This document shows positions 27,501-41,093 of a stretch of DNA of 64,000 bases, in pieces. Below the pieces are notes generated by a model, which saw nothing but the letters and a program-made list of their open reading frames with translations, did no database searches and had not been told where the DNA came from. The translations under genes were made by a program, and so were the position numbers. The stretch lies in NCBI GenBank assembly GCA_016748015.1, contig JAAOMT010000328.1, forward strand, positions 760,955 to 824,954, read 5' to 3'. Position 1 is the first letter of the stretch. Each line of letters opens with the position of its first letter. This DNA comes from Geosiphon pyriformis uo1 (lineage: Eukaryota; Fungi; Glomeromycota).

Positions 27501-29551
27501 AAAAGGGTATGACACAATGGACGTGTGGTTTGACAGTGGGGTTTCATGGTCCTTGATTGATGAAAAGTTTCATCAAAGGTAACTTCAGCGTCATAAAAAT
27601 TGCTAGATTTTATGCTAAATTAATAATTACCAATAGACAAAAGCAGAGTTCTCTTGTCGACGTGTATTTGGAAGGAAACGATCAACATCGGGGATGGTTT
27701 CAATCCTCTCTATTGACTTCGAGTAAATATTGGCGTGGGGCCTGTCAAAATTATCTATAATTGGAGATACTTAGTTTTTTTTCAATTTATAGTTGCCGTT
27801 AACGAGAAACCGCCTTATTCAACATTAATAACGCATGGTTTTGTCGTGGATGAACAAGGTCGAAAAATGTCAAAGTCGTTAGGTAATATCGTGCAACCCA
27901 AAACAATTATTCAAGGTGGCAAGGTGATCCTATTCAGCTTCCGAAGTCGATCCATCTCACATAATAGAGACTTATTTTATATAAATTCTTTGTTTCAACA
28001 CAGAACATTCAAAAAGACCCACCCTATGGTGTTGATGTTTTGAGACTTTGGGTAGCCTCAGCAGAATGTGCTAAAGATGTGACAATTGGCCCGGCGGTCA
28101 TGAGTAAAGTTTTAAAGATTATAAATTTATTAAACGGCTTGAGTAAATCATTCTAATGTTCATTTCAAAATATAGGCCAAGTAGCAGAAAGTCTACGAAA
28201 ATATCGAAATAATTCTCGCTTCATGTTAAGTAACTTGAACGACTTTACTCATGATCAGCAAGTGAGCTTTGATAGATTAAGACCGGTGAATTTTCATTTT
28301 TATTTTGAACAATTTTTAAATCTGAAATTATCGATTTGATCCTAAGTTTTTTTTTTACAATGATTCAGATTGACCAGTATATGCTGCATGAGCTCTATCA
28401 ATTCGGGCAAAAGGTTCAAGAATCTTATCAAGATTTTTCTTTCCAGCGAGGTATATGTGTTTTGTCATAGAGCTTTGGGAAAAAAGATTACAAGCTAATC
28501 GTTTGCCATTATCTTCTTCATTTACAGTTGTGCAAACTCTCAACAATTTCTCCAACGTGGGATTGTCTGCATTTTATTTTGAAATCATCAAAGATTGCTT
28601 GTATGCAGATCATTCCGATAGTTTGAGCCGAAGAGCTGCCCAAACAGTACTTTACCATGTAGGTCTTTCTCTGGTTACTTTAATCGTATAATTTTTCACA
28701 TATTTCTTATTATCTACAGATCCTCAACGTATACACGCTATCTATTGCTCCCATTGCTCCCCATCTGGCAGAAGAGATATACGATAATTTCAAGCCATCT
28801 GGACCAGTTGCACATAGCTCGGTTTTCAAGCTTGGCTGGTATCATTTAGTGAGTTTGATGAAAGTTCGATTACTCTAACACTTCCATAAAAATTACTGAA
28901 TCTACATGACTTTTAGGAAGATCATTGGAACAATCCAATAATTGCCAAGGAATGGGAGATCATTAAGAATGTTCGGGGTGAAATCAATCAACTCTTAGCA
29001 ACAGCTAGGAAAAACAAGTAACCAAGTTATCCTTCATAGACACTGATGAATAATGCATTTCAAAGCATGATCGGGACTTAATTATAATTTTATTTAGATC
29101 AATAAAAAGTTCTTTGGAGGCAAAAGTTTATTTGCTGAACATGGATGAAAAAACAATTATATATGAGGTACTCAAAAAACATGGTAAGTACATGATCAAT
29201 AAAAATCCTGATTTTAGGTAATCATGAATACTAAAGGGAATTGCCTGACTATTATTAGAATTGGGTTTGAAAGGCATTTTCATAACATCTGATGCCAAAA
29301 TATATTCTGAAACAACCGACATGCCTTTGCAAAGTCTTACAGAGAATGTCTCCTTTATTAATGGAAAAATCAATGAGATACCAATATATGAGAAGTGGTT
29401 TAGCTTTTCAGACGGGGGAAAATGTCGAATTATAGTTAAAAATGCAACAGCGAAAAAATGTCCGCGATGCTGGAATTATACAGTAACTAAAGAGAATGAT
29501 ATTTGTGATCGATGTGAAAAGGTTGTTAAGAAAAATCGCAATCTCAGTTGA
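24570..29551 (+). CDS. ISM1: Mitochondrial (bacterial type 1) isoleucyl-tRNA synthetase, many exons
   Basis: Presequence; [20 protein letters not shown]|H (HIGH), [38 protein letters not shown]; C-terminal CPRCW..CDRC zinc finger. Confidence 0.95.
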
Positions 29552-29752
29552 ATGCTTATATGCATCAAAAATTACAACATAGCTATTAATCGGTTGAAAC
29601 CAATGTTTGGAACTTGAAAAATATCAAATTCAATTTCTATCTATAAAAGACCTAATACTTATATACTGCCATTTTTTGGAAACGCTCCATATCTTTCCAT
29701 TTTGAAACCTAATAGTAAATTTGCCAATTTGGTCTGTATTATCCTCAGTGGC

Positions 29753-32700
29753 TCAGATGCCTAAAGTCTCATAATAGCCTGTATTCGCCTCATAGGTAGA
29801 AATAACTTGGGCGTCTATACGCTTGTCATCTAAAATAGGATAAGATAGTGAGCATAAGTCAGAATAAAATGTATCAATAGAAAAAAAATCTACAAACCAC
29901 ATATTTCGAAATAGCCCGGTTCGGAGAATGCAGTAACTTTAGGAGGCTTTAGAATACGAAGGCGAGAGATAGCATTTCTCTTAATCAATTCTTCTAAACA
30001 ATCATCGATTTCGCAACTCGACATGACTAATCGCAGTTTACGATGAATGTTCGACTGCGGTTTAAAAAACTTCAGTCATTAATATACAAATTATTAATGC
30101 AGATATCTCATCCAAAAAACTTGCATTTACCTGATAGATGCCAGGTTTTTGCAAGACAGTCCCCAACACAGCTTCAAGGCACGCGTGAAAAACAGCATCA
30201 ATAAATTCACCATTAATATCATACCACATGCGTGGAGGCGCGAATAGTTTACTCATATTAACAGAATTCGATTGATATTCCGTGATCTGCTCGAAATTTT
30301 GTGGAGCTTCCCTTTGAGGCTTTTGCACTGTGCTGGGTTTGTAAACATTAGGACTTATCTTGACAAGCCAATAGTACCCATAAAAGCTACAAACATAGCG
30401 TGGGGAGTTGTATCCAACTTTTACGATTAATTTTGGCTCATTAGATTCTAAAATGGTTACATATCGAGTCAATAATGAATCATCGATATCGAATGAATTT
30501 TCTTTTAAAGAGGCCTATAAAGAAAATAATATTAAGATATGTATTTACTAAAGCTTTGCCATTAAATTTGGATATAAGATAGTCACCTTCAATGAAATTA
30601 AACTGACGCCCAATTTCCCAGAGTTTAATATTATTTTATAAACTATCTTGATACCTGCTTTACTTTTCGAATCTTGCGATGCGAATAGTTCAAGAAGCAC
30701 TTTTCTAGTATCTTTTTCATCGAGAAAGTCGGAGGTATTGAGATTTATACGTTTTGAGCCTCGACCTGGAAGCTCCTGAACTTTTATTTTTTTTGATGCG
30801 ACAGGATTATTTTTATTATCGGCTTGAATTTCTTCACTTATTTCTGGCCGTGCTTTTTTGGGATGCTTTGAGTAATGATCGTCATTAACATCATTATCCG
30901 TAGACCGCGAAGCAAATACCGGGAAATCCATTTTGGGCTTTAGTATGACCGTGAAATTCAAGGTCGCAAGATCTGGGAAATAAAATAAATAAATAAATTT
31001 ATACAACTGGTATTAGTGAAATGGCCTAAATCGGAGATGAAAAAAATTTCAGTCAAGTTTAGCTCACCAACATTACGACTTTTGTGGTTTGGTATAGAGG
31101 TTTGTTTGATCACAGGAGGTAATGAGGTTTCACATAATGTAAGCTTTAATAGCAAAATTAATTTAACATGATGATATATTACCCAACTATTTCAAAGCTT
31201 CATAGAATACCTTTTTTTGAACCAACAAATCTAGTATACAAGCCATGGTTCCACTATCAGCAAATTCCGAAAATTCATGCTCCTGCTTAGTCCGTTCTAG
31301 GTAAGCGGCGGCTTGCTTAAATAAACCATCAGGTAGGGTTCCACATAGGATCTTACGAAATCTAAGCAAAAATGAAGTTCATCAGTAATGGCAAGATAAT
31401 GATATTGATATTGAAGAAGGGAAAATATATACAAATTTATGAACTTACTTGTTAGAAAAATAATATCCCCGTCCAGGAATTCTCCTATCTTGGCCCCTCT
31501 TAACCTTAACCATGGCACCCGTTTCGTTAACTTTTTCCAATGTTCGGTTGACAATTTTATCAGAATAATGATTATTGAGAATAAAATAAGCATGTGAGGT
31601 GACATATTGATCATCGGGAGTCATGAGTATCATCTGGTTTCGAAGTGAGAAAAGACCATTAGAGGATTTAGAAAATAAAATTCGAGAATTGATAAGAATT
31701 AATTTACCTTAAATAAGGCCTGTAGCAATTCAGATTGATTATTTTGTCGTTTCCCAATTTGAGGAAAATCATTTTCGGTATAGTTGAGACGACATGTAAA
31801 GGCATGCGCGTATAGTAACCTCATTTTAGCACGAAGTGAAAGTCCTACAAGTTTATCTTCGAAAAATAAGGGTTTCTTCAGAATTTCAGGCGAACGGGTC
31901 ACCTCAAATAGTTTATCAAAATCTCCGATATCAAGTGGAAGAGAAAAAGTTTTGATGGGATCAGGGATGCTATTTTCGAATAATACCCAAGATATGAAAA
32001 TTTTAATATTCATGATGCTTGTATAAAATAAATGCTCAAAAGTTTAGTACTCACTTTGGTCTGTTTGACATATAATTCATAAAATATTGAATGTGTCCAG
32101 GGAGATCAAAATCAATCATGTCGCTTTCATCGTCATCAATTATCTCGCCTTTGCTTAAAGCTTCCGGATAAATCTTTTCCCAGTGTGCAAGAAGATTGTT
32201 GAAACGCTCTTGTTTCATCGGATTATTGAACAATACATTGATACGACGACGACACATTTCGTTGGTTCGAGATGGTAAAACTTTTGTAGCAGCAGCCCAA
32301 AGGAAGCGTCGCGCTTTTTGTGAGCGATGTCGCAAGATCGCGTAAGCGTGGATAATAAGTTCATCTTCTTCTAAAGTCCAATTAGGACGTTTTCGAAGAG
32401 TGGTCGTTTCATATTGAGTCTGGATAAGATCTTTGATGTAAATAACAAAGCTAGCGTAAGCAAAAGGAATACTTTGAAAATTTCGCAATTAACATTAAAG
32501 ATTCACAAGGGTTTACCCTCGTCAGTTATGATGGGTAAATTTTCTTCTTGGGCAACAACTGGGATCTCATCAACTTTTTGAGCGTTAGTTGGTACACTCT
32601 TAGCGCCATATGAATTTCTAACATTTCGCTTCTTTTTTAATACCAAGATTCCGTCTTTAGAAGCTAGAATACCGTGAGATTTGGCAGTAACCCTGATTCG

Positions 32701-35700
32701 CGATTCTTTTTCTCGGCGAGTTTTCTTGGCTAATTTGTCCTGATATTTTTTTTCGTAGGCATCAAGCACCCTTTTAAAGTAAGCCTTAACCCTTTGGAAA
32801 GGTATCCCAACCTCTTGAGCAATCTGCCGACAATGAAGGTCGTCTCCATATGGTGTTTGACCATTTTTACGGTTAACATAAGATTCAAGAATTTTTTTCT
32901 TCAGAGATGTGAGAGGATAAGTTGGTAGCCAATTTCTGGGATTATTAATATTGCGAAGAGGATCAGACTCATCTCTTTGTGAAGCCGAGGAATTGATCTT
33001 AGGCTTCGGATCCCCATCTGTAGGATTAGAAGAATCTGATGTTAATTCTGCTTGATCTCCTTCGTTATTCGAATGATTAGCTTTGGGAAAGAGCCTCGCT
33101 TCATCTGAAGCTTTTTGTAGAGATATATATTGTAATTCATGCCAATAACGCTCCACATCTTCTCGAGTATCAAGAAAGCATTCACGAATTAACGACTTAG
33201 TGGAGCCGGGAACAGAATAGTCAACTATTCGAACATGATTTAATAATTGATATGCCGGGGAAAGTCCAGATGATTTGGAAATTGAGAGCTCTGAGGAACT
33301 TCCCATCTGATCATCGATATCAAAGCATTCATTCCCATATTTGTCAAAATTCCGGGCTATTGGTCGAAGGATCTTCAAGGCCACAAGGATATCAATCAAC
33401 CGTTTAATGTTTTGACGTAGCTTTGAGTTCCCAGGAAAGATTCCACAAGAGCGAAGTTCGATCGGCAAATCAAAAACGTTCAAAGTCATATCTTGTCCAG
33501 AATTTATATAATCACTAAGATTTTGGTTAGCCATTGTCAAACCAATTAGCTTGAGGTATAGATCCAAAGATAACCCGCTAAGTAGCATAACCGTTTGAAA
33601 AATTTTCTTCTTCGGAATAATCCATTTATCGTCGTAAGATGCCTTCTGAATTTTTTGTATTATAAACTCATGCAAAAGTTTCGCTCGAATCATCTTGGCA
33701 TTAATATAGCCATAATCTTGTGCAGTATCAAGCCACCACATCTCATTATCACGATCGGTATTTTTAGAGTTAATATCCATTGAGCACGAGGCATCATCAT
33801 CAACAGCATAATCAATAAGAGGATCAACTGTAGCGCCAGAATCTGGCCGTGATTCTTTGTTGGTTTGGGATGCTACACGTTTTTTCATTTCTTGAAGTGA
33901 CTCCAATTCAACGTTCGTTTGATCAATTGTAATTGTCTTATAAGTCCCACCGTTAAGAATAGCTTTATCTCTCATTTTAGCTACATACTCTCCCGTCTCT
34001 CGACTACTCTCTGTTAAGCTCTTATGCAAAAAGAGAATTCTTGTGTTGCAATTTCCTTTTAAAGTTTGAAGCTCAGGCTTATACATTTTGAGTTTTTGGT
34101 CTTTTTGCATGTTTTCAGCAATTCGTGCTAAAGTTTTCTTGTCAATAGTATATCGAGACAATTTTTGAAGAGTTTGGTCTTCTCTCATCTTTACTTCGTT
34201 GACAAGATCATTATTGCACTCAAGAATTTTCCGCTCTTCTAAAAGTTGAAGTAAGATTTTCCCGCGAATTACACTATTGAAGGAAGGCTGCAATTTAGAC
34301 ACCTGCTTGTTTAATCGTTTGGCAGAAACTTTTCCAGGAACATCGTTAAGGTTTTCATGATGGCAATTGTTAGAGCTTGACAGCAATATTTCTGTTGGTT
34401 CCTGATTAGATTCGATAGCATGAGAAATTCCTTGTTCTGAACTTTGTACTTTGGCAAACCTCACTCTTTTAGAAGGATGATAATCACTGTTTGTGTCAGT
34501 AGCTGTAACGCATAGATTCTGTTCAAAAGAATCATTGTCTCTTTCGAAACTTAATCGTGCTACACCATTATCTGTATTCATTTGACTGAGCTTGTGAACT
34601 TCAGACGTACTAATTGGTCGGCTGCGTTTAGCGGGTAATACGGGTTGGATGGATGGTACTTGACGAGCAGGTCGGAATGAATTTGTCTCCTCTTCTCCCG
34701 AGTTCTTTGGTACATCTTTTGGTTCCGTTTGCATTTCTTTAGAATTAGAGGCTATGAGATCATTGGGTAAAATCTGTTCAACCGCGTCCTTAGAACTACC
34801 GATCATGGGACATTCTACTTTTTGTTTTTTGGACGGTCGTTCTTTTTGACTATTCTTAAGAGGACGTCCCCTTTTCTTTGGAATTGGAACACTCTCATTA
34901 AGGCTAGAAGGTGTTTCTCGAGTATTTTGATCAAGATCCACCGAATCGACATTTTTTTCAATCGTGCTAAATGTTTTTTTAACTGAAGATTCCACAATAC
35001 TTGAGTTTTTAAGGTTTTTGTGAGGAGTTCCTCTTTTTTCAGTAACCTTGGGAACAATCGAATAGTGAACTTTTGGATATATTGACTATTATACATAAAA
35101 TAAATAAATTTCTCCATCTTTTGGATATTACCTTCTTCCTTCTAGGAACGAGGTAATCTTCATTTTTATTCTCCTGTCCCTTTTCCAATAGAGTTAACAC
35201 AGTTGCAAGGGGATCGACCCCCTCTTGATTTGAGCCCTCCAAATCTTTTGCTTCCTGAGAATCAGGTTCAATCAAGCCATGTTTTATGGCGAAATTCTTG
35301 TACGCCTGATATGAAAAATAACGATAATGTCGTTCGCGCCCTTGAAATTCCGAAATACGTTTTACGGCGAAGTGCGATAGAGCTTTGTGTGTCGGTTTGG
35401 AAAGTCGATTAAGAATTTTATACAAAATCCGACCATTTATTCTATTAAGAGCACGATGAAGTTGCTAATAATAAATGTATACTTAATAAGGAATCGCAGA
35501 AAAAGAAAAATAGATTTCAGAAATTTACCGCTGGAATTATCCCTTTGTCACCGGAGGCCTCTATCATATGGTAGATTTGATACTCAAGCGGGATATTTGA
35601 TAAAAGCCCTTTGGGACGTTTTCGCGAAGGTTGAGCAGAATCAGGGGGTTTTTCTGAAGCAAGAGGTATAGTTGACGATAGTTTTTCTGTTATGGGTGAG

Positions 35701-37345
35701 ATTTTGGGACACGATTTCTTTGAATTTAAGATGGTTTCAGATGATTTTTCTGATAAAGGTGGCATATTTGTCATTGGTTTCTTTAATTTTCGTAATGATC
35801 GTAATTTCTGTTTTGCTTTTTTAAACATGATTGAGCGATAAAGATTGAATTTTTTGCGAGACTTAAATGCAACTTTGGCGAAAAACTATTTCATGTACCT
35901 TTTATTAATCCCTCTTTTTTCTTGGTTTTTTCATACAACTTCACCAACTTCACACATCGATCAACGCTTTTGCTTCCTTTTTGTGTCACATTCACCTTTT
36001 CAATATAACCTTTGCGCTGTAAGCTGCCTATGGTACGATTGAACCACCGTCGTTTTTTAGGACAAGGATTAGACATCCCCTGTTCGTATCATGACATTAG
36101 CATTAAGGGTTGATTGTATATTTGGTTATATAGAGAATTTTTAAGAATAAAAAATCATAAACATCATAGTCATCAGATTGGAAAAACAACAAACCAATGC
36201 TTTCATCAAATCAGTAGCTAGCATTATTTGATTTTTTGCTTGAGCTAATATTTGAGTCATTCGCATTCTAATCAAGTCCGAATTAAATGAAACCCCATCA
36301 TTTGACTGATTTGTACTTTTATCACTAGAATTTTGACTATCCTTAGGTAAATAAACGGTTTTTCCTGTGTAAGCTTCATTATCCTCTGCACATCTTGCCA
36401 GGATACAAAGATTTGTATATGTCCCTTGAGTTACAACTGGCATTTTTACGCTGAGAGAAGAACTCGAACTTAGTTTTGAATTCTATTTTGCTAGAAACAA
36501 AATAGGATTCCCTTTAAAAAGAACATACATCAATTTATAATCAAGGAGGGTCTTAAGGTAGTGATACACTGATCGTGGGTCAATTTCAAATATCTTTGCA
36601 AGCTCATTTTGGGTAGCACCTAGGGCTCGGCGTCGACCTATGAGTTGTAAGATCTCGTAGACTATAGGTGTAAGACGTCGGGAAGTCTATTTGAGGGATT
36701 TATATTGAAGGATGTGAGTCTAGAGAACTTTCAATAAAAAGAAATATAATCAAAGTCTTACATCTTGTCCTGAGAACAAGGCATCTCTGCGAAGCTTAGG
36801 CTTAGCAATCATCACGAAAGAATCCCCATACTTGGATATTAGTTGTTGTAATGACATGCTTTTAACATCGACGATATTAAGAAGTTCAGGGATCGGCTTA
36901 ATAAAAAATAAATATTGATTCAAGTCGATAACTTATTCTTAGATAGAAAGGATCACACGATATATACCTCCTTCCCTGGACCCCTTTTAATTTGTGCTGG
37001 AGTATTTTCGAGAGGTTCAGTGGAATTCCCGTTTTGAGGGAGTTTTCCAAAGTCTATATCAACACAGTGGACAAAAAATTTCCAGAAGTATTGCTTGAAG
37101 GCATCGTCTGGTTCCTTCAGTGAATTCGCACCTTGTCTTTCAGTAATCGAAGTAGTGCCAACTGATTTCTTTAGGGATCTTAAAAAGCCGATTATGTATT
37201 TCCAAAGTCGAGAAAAGTTGGCCCCTTTCAAGTAAAAAGAAATTATTTCCACCATTGAATAACAGCAACCATTTGCTTTAAACTTACCTTGCTCTCCGTC
37301 CAAAGCGATTTCCTCTACACAATATGGTATTAGTTCGTCGAGCAT
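29753..37345 (-). CDS. RNA polymerase III factor TFIIIC largest, B-block-binding subunit (Tfc3/Sfc3/GTF3C1-like), many exons
   Basis: N-terminal MLDELI..CVEEIALDGEQG; winged-helix ILQLIGRRRALGATQNELAKIFEIDPRSVYHYLK; PLEYQIYHMIEASGDKGI; IDKKTLARI; stop at 29753-29755. Confidence 0.85.
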
Positions 37346-37917
37346 TTTGATTTTTGAACAAGATAAAGAATGATATGCAAGTTGGTTATTCTCAGATGTC
37401 GGTTTTTTGAATTGATAACTAATAGTTGAAAAAATCTGGTATTTCATCTATACAATCACATGATCTAATGAATTGCTGTATTTGTTTTAATTAACTAATT
37501 TAAATTGATTTCGTAATTCAATTTGGTATTTTACTATTAATATTATAAAACACAAAATATAAAATCAAAATACCATCAAAGATGGTTGGAATTAGTCATA
37601 AAGGAGATATTTGATTGAATTGCTTTTTCTCTCTAGTTCTTAATTTTATTCTACCTCAGATTTTATAATAAGCTTCGAAGTCACGGAGTTTTTCAACTAG
37701 TCTTTCGTTTTCATAACTACCTTTAAGTTCATTATCTTTGATTATTCTACCGCCTTCAAAACCTTTGCAATTTATATTTGGGAACAAATTAACTACAAAT
37801 TCCGAGTCAAGACTATGATTTTGCCCTAGCATAAGCTATAGGCAGATAACGCAGATCGCCAATTCAAATTATATCTATTTGTGAGACAGCTAAAATGAAC
37901 CCTGGAAAATTTTGGAA

Positions 37918-38720
37918 ATGACCAGTGTAAATCCAAATCCAAATTATGCCGGCTTTCTAACGTTTTCGTTTTGCTCAGGAACTTTTGCCGCGCTCGCTTC
38001 AGTGTTTGCAAAGCTATTGACAGATCCAAAAACTGTTTTACTCGGGGAATATTTATGTAAAATATTCGATGAGGTTAGTTTAGTTTTTGTCGGGTGTAAA
38101 GTGAACCCGGTGGTAAAAAATTTAGGTAAAGAGGAAGAAACGAAACAAAACGGAGGTGGCAATGAACTGACGGTACGTAGGTTAACCAGGGTTTTTGGCC
38201 AACCTTTCTGGACTACATAATATCATAAACAATGAATTCTTTTTCTGTTCTCTTTTGATGTTTTCTACTAGATAATGTACGTGATTCGGATTTGCTGTTT
38301 CGCCTCAGTATTCATATGCAATGCATTAATGTGGACCTTGTTCACCAAAGCCTTAAATAGATCTACGTCATCGATTCAAGTCACTGTGTTTAACAGCGCG
38401 ACAAATTTTTGCATGACGGTAATACAAAATTCAGAACGAATATTTATGTTCAGTGATTTTTGGCTAATTACCGGTGAAACGTGTATTTCGATTATCATAC
38501 CAAAGAAGACAAAAAAGCAAGTTGACATTGAAATTTTTTCAATTTTTAGGCGATTTTTGGAAGCTTGTTGTTTGGAGAGACTTTAAACCTTCAATGGTGG
38601 TTGGGTGCTAGCTTGATAATCTCTGGAACTGTGCTGGTTAATTATGGAACTGGTGGTGGGTCAAACGAGCGGGTCAGCGATTCAGATCTTGGCCGCGATT
38701 TTAAGGAAAAGTCCCAGTGA
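37918..38720 (+). CDS. TMEM42-like (DMT/EamA-type) small membrane protein, 3 exons
   Basis: SGTFAALASVFAKL..CNALMWTLFTKALNRSTSS..NSATNFCMT|AIFGSLLFGETL..WWLGASLIISG. Confidence 0.85.
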
Positions 38721-38948
38721 CGCTGATTCGAATAAACAACTGTTTTTAATTAAACGCAGAACCGCAAAGATGTTTGGAAAAGGCTATGCGATACTCCATT
38801 GAGAATTCCATTCAATTTTAGAATATTTGAAGTTGATATCTAAATGCAAGACAAATAAAATTTCTTGGGCCGGATACTGATAGAAGAAACATTGTTGATC
38901 AGTCTCCCCAGTTTCAAGAGGATATCATCCTCAATTTATTGTATTAAA

Positions 38949-41093
38949 TTATTCAATTTGGTTTTTTAAAAGAATTTCTCGAGCTGAATCACGCCGTCGT
39001 TTAGACACCAAATAAAAGAACTTCGATTTACATGCTTTTGGCGTCCTATCGACCATGTACATTGCAATTGAATCCCAGTCTTTTATTTGCCTACGAAGAG
39101 TTATCATTTGGTTGATTTCTTCCGTTGTCCAAAATCGAAGGTTTCGAGTAGGAACTAGTTTTTTAATAGGCCCATTTCTCCTAAATTTAATTTTGATTGC
39201 CGTCATCGACCGGTTTGGGAGTATTTTTGCTAATGTAGCCCAATCTTTCCCGTGTTTTAAAAGAAATTCCTTCATCAACTCGATTTCCTCGTTTTCCCAT
39301 CTCGATCTATTATACTTTCGCCGAGGATGAGGAGATGTCTTTTCTGGTTCCGGATTGACTCTTGTTTTGTAGATGTCATAGAATTCCGGGAAAAAACCTG
39401 GATTGTTTTCTATATATGCCTGAACAACTGCGGGAATTCTTCCAATTTCTCTTGCTATGTTTTCCCACTCAATTCCATCTCTTTTCATGATCTTATTTAC
39501 CTTTTGTATTTCCTCAGTTGACCATTTTTCCCGTATATATTCTCCAAATATTTTTTTTCCAAAAAGATTCAGGAACTTTTTCGCACAAGATTTTGCAGTT
39601 CTCGAGGTCAAATAATCAGCAATTAAATTCCATTGGAAACCATATTTTTCTACCAATCTCCACAATATAAATCTTTCTGTTCGAGTCCATTCTCCACATT
39701 GGGCGAGAGTATCTTTTGAAATCATATGGGATAAATATCTCAAATGACACTCACTTGGTGTTCGTTCAGGCAGCTCTTCAGTTACCTTTTTCCATTCGAA
39801 TCCATGTTCTTTGACAAGAGCAATTAATTTATCAAGTTCACTTTGAGACCAATAACTCGGGTTTTCCTGTGTAATAGGCGATTTATTTGTGATCAGCTCT
39901 TCCTCTTCCGCCGTTGGCGTATTAATGCCCAATATAAAATCTCGTATTTGAGTATAATGTCTCCATTTCATATGCGACTCTATCATTTTCCATCGATCCC
40001 CATACATTTCGAAAAAATGTTGGACAGATTGCTTTTCTTTTTGAGTCCAAAACATATATTGGTCTCTTTTAAATTCTCTTGCTGAGCGCTTCCGATTTAA
40101 CCAACCAAAGGGATGCCATGTTTTTCCGAAACCCGTACCTTCTTTTAACGCATTAAAGTTAATATCTTTGTAAAAATCTAAAATTAAGTGATCCAGCAAA
40201 TATTTGCAACCTATTGGTGTTCTGTTGTGTAAATATGACGCGATTTTGTGTGCATCAAAACCGACAATCTTGACAAGTTTGTGAAATAAATCAATCTCAA
40301 TATTGGACCATCTTAATTTGGTTTTCCAAAAAAATTTTGAATTTTTGGAACGAGTTGAAGGTAATATGTGATAATTTGCAAACAAGAATTGCGAAACTGA
40401 AGTAGGTGTTCTGTCAGATATATGGTTTGCAATCAAGTGAGGCTGATTTCCATAATTTTCAACCAGATAATCAAGCATTTTGATCTCTTGGTTAGACCAT
40501 CTTTTCCACTTTCGTCCATCGAGATTAACTTCTGGAAACATATTAGGTGAATGCTGCACCTTATAAGCTAGTAAATGTGCTGGTCTAGTGCCCAAAGTCT
40601 TTTCAATTTTAACCCATCTAGCTCCACAGTTCTTTATACTCTCATTCAAGATCCGAACTTCTTGTATTGTCCATGGTTTTCCATATTGACTATAAGTTTT
40701 TTGTAGATCAAGCTTTGGATCAACTTGATTGAGAAATTTTTGCCTACATTCAAAGGGTGTTCTATTACCCAATTGTGATGATATACGAATCCAATCTTCT
40801 CCATGAACTTTCACAAGATAGTCCAAGAGACCACTTTCCATGCTCGCCCAAGGACCAGGGCTTTTGCGATGTTTCCTCTTGGATTTCAGGTCTTCAACAG
40901 CTAACTCAAGCTGTTTATCGGCCTCTAACTTTGAAGTAGAAGGGCCTAAAGGAGGTATTTCCTGTTGTTGGTGACTACTTTTGGAAAAAAGACGCTTGGA
41001 TAGAGTTTGCAACAAAATTCTCTGAAATTCTTGGTGGCAACGACAAAGCATTTTAGAGTCACCGAATTTTCGTCGATAAGTTCTGCAAAGCAT
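38949..41093 (-). CDS. Intronless 714-aa protein with ~10 Myb/SANT repeats and a presequence-like N-terminus
   Basis: Ten W(S/T)..E...L.......G..W..I......R repeats counted in the ORF translation. Confidence 0.85.
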   Translation of the reverse strand: MLCRTYRRKFGDSKMLCRCHQEFQRILLQTLSKRLFSKSSHQQQEIPPLGPSTSKLEADKQLELAVEDLKSKRKHRKSPGPWASMESGLLDYLVKVHGEDWIRISSQLGNRTPFECRQKFLNQVDPKLDLQKTYSQYGKPWTIQEVRILNESIKNCGARWVKIEKTLGTRPAHLLAYKVQHSPNMFPEVNLDGRKWKRWSNQEIKMLDYLVENYGNQPHLIANHISDRTPTSVSQFLFANYHILPSTRSKNSKFFWKTKLRWSNIEIDLFHKLVKIVGFDAHKIASYLHNRTPIGCKYLLDHLILDFYKDINFNALKEGTGFGKTWHPFGWLNRKRSAREFKRDQYMFWTQKEKQSVQHFFEMYGDRWKMIESHMKWRHYTQIRDFILGINTPTAEEEELITNKSPITQENPSYWSQSELDKLIALVKEHGFEWKKVTEELPERTPSECHLRYLSHMISKDTLAQCGEWTRTERFILWRLVEKYGFQWNLIADYLTSRTAKSCAKKFLNLFGKKIFGEYIREKWSTEEIQKVNKIMKRDGIEWENIAREIGRIPAVVQAYIENNPGFFPEFYDIYKTRVNPEPEKTSPHPRRKYNRSRWENEEIELMKEFLLKHGKDWATLAKILPNRSMTAIKIKFRRNGPIKKLVPTRNLRFWTTEEINQMITLRRQIKDWDSIAMYMVDRTPKACKSKFFYLVSKRRRDSAREILLKNQIE

